A DNA stretch of 42,163 nt, from positions 1-42,163 of the forward strand of contig JBBWVS010000118.1 in assembly GCA_050256335.1 (NCBI GenBank), in the 5' to 3' direction. The DNA comes from Gammaproteobacteria bacterium. Lineage in GTDB: Bacteria > Pseudomonadota > Gammaproteobacteria > PS1 > Pseudothioglobaceae. The notes under the pieces were generated by a model, which saw only the letters and a program-made list of their open reading frames with translations, was not told the DNA's origin and searched no databases. Below are positions 29,482-37,210 of this stretch, piece after piece (the first letter of the stretch is position 1; the number at the start of each line of letters is the position of its first letter). Position numbers and translations under genes: made by a program.

Positions 29482-29640
29482 AATTAATTTAGTAGTGAAT
29501 AAATAATAATTGTATATTTTCTTAAGTTTATCAAGGGATTTAACTGATATAAGACAGCTCATCATACACCCTCTCATCTCCTCAGGCGGCTCATTATAAA
29601 CAGACTAACAAGCCTTTAATTCGAATAAAATTACATCTAT

Positions 29641-29660
29641 AATATACAACATGTATACAA
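29641..29660. promoter_or_regulatory. Candidate GntR operator (TATACA-ACA-TGTATA overlapping TGTATACA)
   Basis: AATATACAACATGTATACAA between the divergent ALDH operon and gntR; another half-site TTGTATATT at 29510-29518. Confidence 0.55.
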
Positions 29661-29734
29661 TAAACACAGTTAAATAAACAATGCTGTTGCCTGACGAGGT
29701 TGTGATGCAAAAGGTTGTGGCCGATTAAAAACAC

Positions 29735-29853
29735 AATTGGGTACAGTTTAAAAAATCACTCGATAATTATTAGGGGTTTAGGCCAGATGAGGTCTAGAAT
29801 GAAGAGCTGTTAGATTTTATTATGCACCGCAAAACGCTCACCCCCCCCTGATG
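29735..29853 (+). pseudogene. Decayed C-terminal fragment of a second MttB-family methyltransferase
   Basis: Frame from 29747: FKKSLDNY*GFRPDEV*NEELLDFIMHRKTLTP aligns without gaps to YKKMLSEYELPPLDPEIDQQLLDYMKKVKDSYP of the intact gene at 35656-37191 (10/33 identical by hand); two in-frame TAG stops. Confidence 0.55.
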
Positions 29854-29881
29854 GAAGTACCAAACCAGAAATATTAAGCAT

Positions 29882-30574
29882 ATGAAAAAAGAACACTTTT
29901 CTCAAGACCTAAAGCGCAAAATTCTCACCTTGAAACTTGCACCAGGTACCCCCCTAGATGAAACCAGCCTCTCTAAAGAATACGATATTTCACGAACACC
30001 GCTCAGAGAAATTTTTCAAAGACTTGCTGGTGAGGGTTATATTGAAATTATTAATAATCGTGGCGCCGTAGTTTCTTCAATGGATTATAAAAATGTACGT
30101 AATTTATTTATCACAGCCCCAATGATATACTCCTCAATAGGTCGTCTAGCAACAGAAAATGAAAATGCGACAAGAGCGCAACTCAGTGAGCTGCAAGACG
30201 TGCAAGACAACTTTCGAAAAGCCGTTAAACAGCAACAACTTGATAGTATAGTGCTGCACAACGACCGCTTTCATCGACTGATCGGTAAAATAGCAAATAA
30301 CCCTTATTTACAATTAAGCTATGAGCGCTTATTAATTGATCATACTCGCATCAATCAAACTTTTTATCGAACAACCGATACAGACATGACAGCCAACTTA
30401 GAGCAGGAAGTTGATCAGCACGAGGCAATGATTGAATATCTTGCAATAGGTGACGTTGAGCGCATGGTTGCTTTAACGCAGGATCACTGGAATTTGTCCA
30501 AAGCACATATGGAGCGCTACATGTGCCCAAAGCCTCTTCCTGTAGACAATAATCGTATAAGATTTACTTATTGA
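29882..30574 (+). CDS. GntR-family (FCD domain) transcriptional regulator
   Basis: LAPGTPLDE..LSKEYDISRTPLRE HTH, NRGAVV, NDRFH..I...ANNPYL, QHEAMI. Confidence 0.93.
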   Translation: MKKEHFSQDLKRKILTLKLAPGTPLDETSLSKEYDISRTPLREIFQRLAGEGYIEIINNRGAVVSSMDYKNVRNLFITAPMIYSSIGRLATENENATRAQLSELQDVQDNFRKAVKQQQLDSIVLHNDRFHRLIGKIANNPYLQLSYERLLIDHTRINQTFYRTTDTDMTANLEQEVDQHEAMIEYLAIGDVERMVALTQDHWNLSKAHMERYMCPKPLPVDNNRIRFTY

Positions 30575-30591
30575 TTAATAAAATATCCGTC

Positions 30592-30936
30592 ATGCACAAA
30601 AGAAAAATTACAAACCCACTTAACGTTAAATTTAAGCCTTTCGATAGATACGGTTCTGCCATAGAGAAAATGAGCTGGCATGAAATTAGTTACGACAGTG
30701 AAACCGGCTTTGGCACTTTTGTATTAAAACTTGACCCTGGCGCTCAATCAATCCCTCATGAGCACACAGGATTTGAGGAATTTCTGGTTTTGCAAGGGGA
30801 AATGATCGATTCGGATAATACAGTTTTCAAAAAGGGTGACTTTGTCACTTTTAAACCGGGCAGCTGCCACTCATCGTCTTCACCAAAAGGTTGTTTACTT
30901 TTAGTCTTTATGAGGGGTATTAATAGAGCGCTTTAA
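30592..30936 (+). CDS. Small ChrR-like cupin protein with intact metal motif
   Basis: PHEHTGFEEF..LQG and GDFVTFKPGSCH cupin motifs; ATG at 30592 preferred; stop overlaps the convergent stop at 30933-30936. Confidence 0.82.
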   Translation: MHKRKITNPLNVKFKPFDRYGSAIEKMSWHEISYDSETGFGTFVLKLDPGAQSIPHEHTGFEEFLVLQGEMIDSDNTVFKKGDFVTFKPGSCHSSSSPKGCLLLVFMRGINRAL

Positions 30937-32039
30937 CGATAGCTCAATACAGCGTCACCGAGCACGTCCATTCGAGGTGAGACACCCAAACCTGGGCTCC
31001 GCGGGGCGGAAATAAAACCATTTTCCACAACATAATCGCCATCTGCAATCTTTAGAGAAACCATATCTCGACACTCAAGCACGCATCTAAGGTATTTTTT
31101 TGGAACGGTTTGAGCTAGATGAACAATTGCAGCAAATGCAATGTCCGAACCGGTAGTCTCTTGCACACTCATAGTATAGCCCGCAGCAATACAAATATCT
31201 CTTTGCCTGCGACAGCGTGTTAAACCACCATTTTTTGAAATTTTTAAACCAATCCCATCAGCACCATCTTCAGCAATCAAATTGACGATATCCTCTTCGT
31301 TTTGTGCCAGCTCGTCCCAAATAATGGGCACCGATGTTCGACGCCTGAGCGAGATACACTCCCGCCACGTCGCGCAAGGTGCCTCAAAGGCAAAATCTAA
31401 GGTCCTTGGCAGTATGTTTAGTAATCGCAGGGCACTCTCAACACTCAAGCCACCATTGGCATCAACAATAAAATATTCTCCTGTTTGACGCCCCTCCATA
31501 CAAGCCTCAATTCTCTGTGCATTCAACAAAGGGTTATCCGTAATTTTGATAGAATGACCTCGATAGCCTGCCTCACGATAGCACTTAACCCGCGCAGCCA
31601 TATCATCAGGCTCTCCCACATAGATTGAAGAAATTAATGTTAATGGAGCGGCGGTTCTGCCGCCTAATAAATCACATACCGGCATATCAATAGATTTGCC
31701 GAAAATATCCCAACAGGCAACATCGATCGGTGTTTTTGCATGATTGTGGCCAACCAAGGCACCATCCATTGCCTCATTAATCCTATCCAAATGCCGTGGA
31801 TCTTTTCCCAATAAACTGGACGCCATCTCCGCAATTCCGGCACGTACACCGGCACCGTGAGCGGCAATATAAGTAGAACCAAATGGTGTGCTTTCGCCCC
31901 AGCCTTCGATACCACAGGCTGTAGTAATGCGGACAAATGTTCCATCAAAGCCTGTATATTCCCGCCCTCCAGACAAACGATAAACACCGCCTGAATAGGG
32001 TAAATATGCTTGAAACACATCAATTTTTTCAATTTTCAT
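30933..32039 (-). CDS. Enolase-superfamily enzyme (MLE subgroup), related to hydroxyproline(-betaine)-acting enzymes, function unknown
   Basis: GWGESTPFG.TY..AH, IDVACWD, GHSIKI, DANG / FEAP / WDE ligands, GLKISK, PGLG. Confidence 0.85.
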   Translation of the reverse strand: MKIEKIDVFQAYLPYSGGVYRLSGGREYTGFDGTFVRITTACGIEGWGESTPFGSTYIAAHGAGVRAGIAEMASSLLGKDPRHLDRINEAMDGALVGHNHAKTPIDVACWDIFGKSIDMPVCDLLGGRTAAPLTLISSIYVGEPDDMAARVKCYREAGYRGHSIKITDNPLLNAQRIEACMEGRQTGEYFIVDANGGLSVESALRLLNILPRTLDFAFEAPCATWRECISLRRRTSVPIIWDELAQNEEDIVNLIAEDGADGIGLKISKNGGLTRCRRQRDICIAAGYTMSVQETTGSDIAFAAIVHLAQTVPKKYLRCVLECRDMVSLKIADGDYVVENGFISAPRSPGLGVSPRMDVLGDAVLSYR

Positions 32040-32054
32040 CGTTTTTCATTTTCC

Positions 32055-33167
32055 CTACGAGAAGCTTTTAGTATGGTTAAACAGATGAGTATCCGGGCTC
32101 ACCCCCAGACCGGGTGCAGACGGCACATCAATCCAACCATCTTTAATTTGTACTGTATTTTCACTGTCGTATGGCTGCGATATATAAGGCGCAGCAATCC
32201 AAACACCCCTAGACAAGCGTGGCTCAACAATAGCGCCTAAATGGGTACAGGCGGCTGCGATGATATCGCCACCCCAGGAATCGTCGCAACTGAGCGGTTT
32301 CTGATGGGCATGACACACATCAATAACGCAGCGCATCGCACTCACACCACCAACACGAGTAACCTTCATACCAAAACCGTCTGCAACACCCTCACTAATG
32401 GATCTTGAAACCACAGTAATGTCGGTTGCACACTCATCAAGATACAGCGGATGACAAATATTTTCTTTGATTTTTGTTAATTCCTCATAACTGTCGCACG
32501 GCTGCTCAAGAATAAAATCCAAATCACGACAGCTCTGTGACAGACGAATGGCTTCAGCAGTGGTCAAGGCGCGATTAGCATCAAGCACGATCTCAATCGC
32601 AGGCTCTTTAACCTCAAATGCCTTTCGGACAACGGCAATATCTTCTGCTAAATCTCTACCGCCGACTTTTATTTGTAGTTTTTTATAACCTTGCTTTTGT
32701 TTTTCCACCAGCAGACGCGCGACCTCCTCGGGGCTGTCAATACTAATGGCGTAATAGCTCGGCACTTTATCACGCTTAGCACCGCCCAGTAATTCACACA
32801 GTGGCAGATTAAATTGTTTGCCGATAATGTCCCACAATGCAATATCAATCGCTGCCTTAGCGTAATTATGCCCCATCAGTGACTGCTCACACTTGGCCAA
32901 GACTTTACCGTATTGCAACGGGTTCATGCCAATTAAATGTGGGGCCATTTCAGCAAGCGCAGCCCTTGCTCCCAAGGCGTGCGCCTCCTGATACACAGGA
33001 CCAAGAGGGCAAACTTCGCCAAAACCTGAAATACCAGAATCAGTAACAATCTCTACAATAGTGGTATCAAGACTGTTAACTTCAGACAGTGACATCTTGT
33101 AAGGCTTGCCCTTAATGTCAAGATCGTGTTGGTAAATATGTATTTCGGTGATTTTTATATTTTTCAC
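32055..33167 (-). CDS. hpbD: 4-hydroxyproline betaine 2-epimerase / proline betaine racemase
   Basis: Close match to recalled HpbD sequence blocks: HALGARAALAEMAP, GHNYAKAAID, VPSYYA, LQIKVGGR, LEQPC, YLDE, DGFGMK, SCDDSWGGDIIAAACTH, VWIAAPY. Confidence 0.85.
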   Translation of the reverse strand: MKNIKITEIHIYQHDLDIKGKPYKMSLSEVNSLDTTIVEIVTDSGISGFGEVCPLGPVYQEAHALGARAALAEMAPHLIGMNPLQYGKVLAKCEQSLMGHNYAKAAIDIALWDIIGKQFNLPLCELLGGAKRDKVPSYYAISIDSPEEVARLLVEKQKQGYKKLQIKVGGRDLAEDIAVVRKAFEVKEPAIEIVLDANRALTTAEAIRLSQSCRDLDFILEQPCDSYEELTKIKENICHPLYLDECATDITVVSRSISEGVADGFGMKVTRVGGVSAMRCVIDVCHAHQKPLSCDDSWGGDIIAAACTHLGAIVEPRLSRGVWIAAPYISQPYDSENTVQIKDGWIDVPSAPGLGVSPDTHLFNHTKSFS

Positions 33168-33188
33168 TCTACATAATCCAGTTAATAA

Positions 33189-34286
33189 TCAATTTTGGGG
33201 CGGCACCAAGACCAGCTTACCTACGTATTTTTTAGCTAAGAAATCTTGCTGCGCCTGAACAATATCTTTGAGAGGGTAGCTCTTTGCAACTAAGGGTTTG
33301 ATTTCGTTGCGTTCAATATAACCGATCAGGTTCTCAAAAACTTTTTGCTCTTGAAAAGTACAACCAATTAAGGTTAAGTCTTTTAAATAAAGTGTTCTTA
33401 CATCCAACTCAACGATTGGCCCTGCAATTGCACCAGATGCGGCATAACGCCCGCCTGTTTTTAACAATTCTAATAAACTAGGAAATGCATTTCCTGCAAC
33501 CAAATCAATAACAACATCAACACTCTCAGCCCCTACTGTATCCGTTAATTTTTGCTCGCGAGTAACCACTTGAGTTGCGCCAATCGAGCGCACTTCAACC
33601 ATTTTTTCCTTGCTGGTTTGGGCAATCACAACCGCGCCACGCCTCTTAGCCAGTTGCACAGCAGCAGAACCAACACCGCCGGATGCGCCTGTAATAAACA
33701 CTGTTTCTCCGCTTGTAACATTGGCACGCTCGAGCAAATTTTCAGCGGTAGAGTACGCACACGGAATGGATGCAAGCTCAATATCAGACCAATCGCTCTC
33801 AACGGTAAAGGCTTCGACGCTATAAGCAAGCATGTATTGAGCGAAACCACCATCGCATTCAGAGCCCACCGTCCAACATTTAAAAGGCTGGTAATCAACG
33901 GCAGCTTGCTGCATGGTTCTCACCAACACTCTTTCGCCAATGCGATTGTCGTCCACATCTTCGCCAACAGCGACAATTTCACCACAACAGTCAGCACCTT
34001 GAATTCTAGGAAAGGTTAAGGGCGTGCCCGACCAAGCCCCATCCTCGTCATCAGCTGTTTCAAAGCCTTCAGCGCCACCCGTGTTGGTTTCTCCGGTGAC
34101 TGACTTTGAATACCAAGCGGTACGGGTATTGATATCGGTATTATTTACCCCAGCTGCAAGTACTTTAATAAGAACTTTTTCAGCAGCAACACTTGGTACG
34201 TCAACATCATTTCGATATTCCAGCTGCTCAAAGCCGCCGTGACCTGTTAACAGAACGGCTGACATTTTGACCGGTATACGACTCAT
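33189..34286 (-). CDS. Medium-chain dehydrogenase/reductase (Zn-ADH/quinone oxidoreductase family)
   Basis: AGVNNTD (no catalytic Zn Cys), FPRIQGAD, GSECDGGFAQY, ITGASGGVG, GKLVL. Confidence 0.87.
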   Translation of the reverse strand: MSRIPVKMSAVLLTGHGGFEQLEYRNDVDVPSVAAEKVLIKVLAAGVNNTDINTRTAWYSKSVTGETNTGGAEGFETADDEDGAWSGTPLTFPRIQGADCCGEIVAVGEDVDDNRIGERVLVRTMQQAAVDYQPFKCWTVGSECDGGFAQYMLAYSVEAFTVESDWSDIELASIPCAYSTAENLLERANVTSGETVFITGASGGVGSAAVQLAKRRGAVVIAQTSKEKMVEVRSIGATQVVTREQKLTDTVGAESVDVVIDLVAGNAFPSLLELLKTGGRYAASGAIAGPIVELDVRTLYLKDLTLIGCTFQEQKVFENLIGYIERNEIKPLVAKSYPLKDIVQAQQDFLAKKYVGKLVLVPPQN

Positions 34287-34309
34287 TCTTGTATCTCCAT
34301 CAAGGTAAA

Positions 34310-35626
34310 TTAACGTAATAAGTGTTTTTCGAAAGGATATTTAGACAACACTTCATAGCCTGTATCGGTAATAAGAACTTGTTCTTCTAGTTTAGCACCG
34401 GGGCCGCCATCACGTCTGCCAACGTAACTCTCGACGCAGAGCACCATACCTGGCTTTAAGATGCCGTCATAACTTAACTCGTTTAACTCCCATGTAAAGG
34501 GAATTATAGGGTATTCATCACACAAGCCAACACCATGGTATTGTAGTGAATAATGGCGATATTCGTTTTCTGGATACTCCAGTGCTTCATGAGTTAAGTC
34601 CATAAAACTCATGCCCGGCCTAAGAATGGAAATGTTGTGTTGAACTTGCTCATAAGCTTTGGTGTAAATGTCTTTTTGTGCATCAGTCGGTATTTTATCG
34701 CCGCATAGCCAACTTCTTGAAATGTCTGTGCAGTAACCATAAGCGCCCACTAAATCCGTGTCAAAGCTCATTAAATCACCATTCTCAATGGGCCTTGAGG
34801 AGCATTCTTGATACCACGGGTTAGCTCTTGGGCCAGCCGCAAGAAGCCTTGTTTCAATCCATTCACCACCACGAGAAAGCATTTCAGCATGGAGATAACT
34901 CCAAAGTCGTGTTTCTTCGATACCTGGTTGAAAATGTTCACGCATCACGCTCATCGATTTTTCTGCAGCAAAAATAGAGCGTCTCATGGCGTGCATCTCT
35001 TCTTCGGATTTGATTAATCTTGCGAGCTCCATCACGGCTTCGCCGTTCACCAACTCAAAGCCATGAGCTTGCAATTCGTGCACACCTTCAGGTGCACAGT
35101 GATCTAGCGCTAAGCGCTTATTACCAGCGCCAAACTCAGAGACAATATCGTTAATTTCATCCGCCCATATCTTGGCTTTTTTGTCACTAAACTCACCGGC
35201 AGTAAAGTACAAATAGGTGATTGCTGGACGCACCTCGGTGATCAAAGGGTTATGATTAGAAAGGAATTCGTGCGCGTCAAATTCGAAAATAATCACCGGT
35301 CCTTCGCTCATTACCAAAGCATAACGTGCGGCATTGTGCGACGTCCAAAGCGACATGTTGGTGCTATCGGTTGCATAACGAATATTAAGTGGATCGTAGA
35401 GCAAAATACCGGCACAATCGGTCATCTTTAATTGATCGCGCACCTTTTTTAAGCGATACTCACGAATCGCGGTCATATCTGGCGCAACGAGCCCAGCAGC
35501 TTGCCACTCTTTCTCTGCAAGAGTGCCAGGGCCTTGTGCATGTCTATTGAGGCTGAAGATATTTTCAGCGCCGTTCGTATGGGTGGAAATTTTCGCCTGA
35601 TGGCGTTTATTATTTGAAAAATTCAT
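34310..35626 (-). CDS. dddP: DMSP lyase DddP-like M24 metallo-enzyme
   Basis: EWQAAGL, REYR, DPLNIRYATDSTNM.LW..HN, RGGEWIETRLL, PWYQEC, FDTDL, DISRSW, HGVGLCDE, LCVE, KLEEQVLIT, matching recalled Roseobacter DddP including metal ligands and the catalytic Asp. Confidence 0.8.
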   Translation of the reverse strand: MNFSNNKRHQAKISTHTNGAENIFSLNRHAQGPGTLAEKEWQAAGLVAPDMTAIREYRLKKVRDQLKMTDCAGILLYDPLNIRYATDSTNMSLWTSHNAARYALVMSEGPVIIFEFDAHEFLSNHNPLITEVRPAITYLYFTAGEFSDKKAKIWADEINDIVSEFGAGNKRLALDHCAPEGVHELQAHGFELVNGEAVMELARLIKSEEEMHAMRRSIFAAEKSMSVMREHFQPGIEETRLWSYLHAEMLSRGGEWIETRLLAAGPRANPWYQECSSRPIENGDLMSFDTDLVGAYGYCTDISRSWLCGDKIPTDAQKDIYTKAYEQVQHNISILRPGMSFMDLTHEALEYPENEYRHYSLQYHGVGLCDEYPIIPFTWELNELSYDGILKPGMVLCVESYVGRRDGGPGAKLEEQVLITDTGYEVLSKYPFEKHLLR

Positions 35627-35655
35627 CGTTAATTCTATTTCTTTGTAAGTTTATA

Positions 35656-37191
35656 TTAAGCAATATTGGAGTCCGGGTAGCTGTCCTTGACCTTTTTCAT
35701 ATAATCCAGTAATTGTTGATCAATCTCTGGATCGAGCGGCGGTAGTTCGTACTCCGACAGCATTTTCTTATATTTTATATTTGCAGCCATTTCCATGTCT
35801 TTTGAGCCGTTCTCCTTCCATTGCTCAAAACTCTGAGAGTCGCTGAGTTCGGCCATATAAAAAGCCTCTCTATAATTTTTCTCAGTATGTTTACAAGCTA
35901 AGAAATGCGACTGCGGACCTACCTCGCGAATAGCATCCATCGCTTGACCATTTTCACTCATATCAATGCCGCGAGCTGCCGTAGCAAGTACGCCTGCTTG
36001 ATCGGCATCCATCACAAACTTCTCGTAACCCATTGTCAAACCGCCCTCCAGCCAGCCAGCGACATGTAGAGAGATATTGACACCAGCATCCAGTGTTGCA
36101 TGCAAGGTATTGGCTGCCTCATAGCCAGCTTGTGCGTCTGAAACTTTGGAAGAGGTAAAGCCACCGCCACTTCTAAATGGCACGCCCAGTCTTCTTGCCA
36201 GCGCCCCGCTGATACACATCGCTTGCGCCGCTTCTGCGGTACCAAAAGTTGGCGCACCTGATTTCATCGACATCGAGGTGACAAATGTGCCGTAAACAAC
36301 CGGACAGCTAGGCTTAATCAATTGCGTCAAAGCCATCATTGCAAGTACTTCCGCCAAACTTTGCGCCGCCACACCCGCTACTGAAACTGGCGCCATTGCT
36401 CCACCCACAATAAAGGTGGTGATAATCATGCCTTGATTCGCTCGGGCATAAACTTTCAAAGAACCTGTAATTGCCGGATCCGTAGACAGAGGGGAGACCG
36501 TATTGCAGAGGCTCAACAACACACAGTTGTCTTTCATAAATTCTTCACCAAAGACAATTTTAGCCATGTTAACCGAATCTTGCGCTCTCTCTCCCAAGGT
36601 GACCGAACCCATAAATGGCTTGTCAGAGTATTTAATATGGCTATAGACCATATCCAGATGGCGCTTGTTCACGGGCAAGTCTACTGGCTCGCAAATGGTA
36701 CCACCCGAATGATGAAGGTGATCCGACATATACGCCAGCTTGACAAAATTACGAAAATCTTGGATATTGGCATAGCGCCGACCCTCGTCTAAATTGCGAA
36801 TGAATGGAGGGCCGTAAGCAGGTGAAAGTACGATATTATCACCGCCAATTTCAACACTTCGCTCTGGATTTCTGGCGTGTTGAGTAAACTGCTTCGGTGC
36901 GCTGGCCTGAATAATTTCACGACACATTCCACGAGGAAAACGCACTCGGTGAGGGTCTTTTACATCACGGATACCGCCAGCAGCAACCAAAATATCAGCG
37001 CACTCCAAATCCTCGCCGAACACCATACCGATCTCCTCAAGAATGGTGTCGGCGTTATTTTCAAGAATACGTAAGTCGCCATCACTCAACGGATCGTGAA
37101 CTGGAATTTTTCGCTTAATGTAGGCTGGCGCCTTCACCACCTCTTTAACTTCTACACCACCTCTGCGTCTGCGCCTTTCTCTAGCCACCAC
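35656..37191 (-). CDS. Non-pyrrolysine trimethylamine methyltransferase (MttB/MtgB family)
   Basis: LEEIG, HARNP, PAYGPPF, CEPVD, SDKPFMG, MKSGAPTFG, RSGGGFTSSKVSDAQAGYE (Phe at the pyrrolysine-equivalent position, no in-frame TAG), GWLEGGL; GTG start with AGGAG RBS. Confidence 0.92.
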   Translation of the reverse strand: MVARERRRRRGGVEVKEVVKAPAYIKRKIPVHDPLSDGDLRILENNADTILEEIGMVFGEDLECADILVAAGGIRDVKDPHRVRFPRGMCREIIQASAPKQFTQHARNPERSVEIGGDNIVLSPAYGPPFIRNLDEGRRYANIQDFRNFVKLAYMSDHLHHSGGTICEPVDLPVNKRHLDMVYSHIKYSDKPFMGSVTLGERAQDSVNMAKIVFGEEFMKDNCVLLSLCNTVSPLSTDPAITGSLKVYARANQGMIITTFIVGGAMAPVSVAGVAAQSLAEVLAMMALTQLIKPSCPVVYGTFVTSMSMKSGAPTFGTAEAAQAMCISGALARRLGVPFRSGGGFTSSKVSDAQAGYEAANTLHATLDAGVNISLHVAGWLEGGLTMGYEKFVMDADQAGVLATAARGIDMSENGQAMDAIREVGPQSHFLACKHTEKNYREAFYMAELSDSQSFEQWKENGSKDMEMAANIKYKKMLSEYELPPLDPEIDQQLLDYMKKVKDSYPDSNIA

Positions 37192-37210
37192 TTAACTCCT
37201 ACGTTTTTAA

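Noticed and set aside
29482-29577. 32-residue N-terminal extension of the aldehyde dehydrogenase given by the ORF track
   Set aside because: AT-rich, non-homologous and overlaps a candidate operator half-site; ATG at 29481 gives a typical 482-aa ALDH.
29576-29700. Imperfect 15-bp inverted repeat (29576-29590 / 29686-29700) as MITE ends
   Set aside because: Only 11/15 Watson-Crick pairs, no target-site duplication and no second copy in the window.
29771-29797. The two TAG codons in the mttB remnant as recoded amber codons
   Set aside because: They lie in the C-terminal tail, far from the Pyl position, and the rest of the gene is missing; decay is the simpler explanation.
33189-34286. Calling the MDR next to dddP an acryloyl-CoA reductase AcuI
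   Set aside because: Lacks the AcuI/YhdH-type SSLNYKD signature (has AGVNNTD) and carries an insertion not typical of AcuI.
36150-36175. Pyrrolysine read-through in the MttB homolog
   Set aside because: The frame is open with Phe at the equivalent site (GGGFTSSK); no in-frame amber and no pyl genes in the window.
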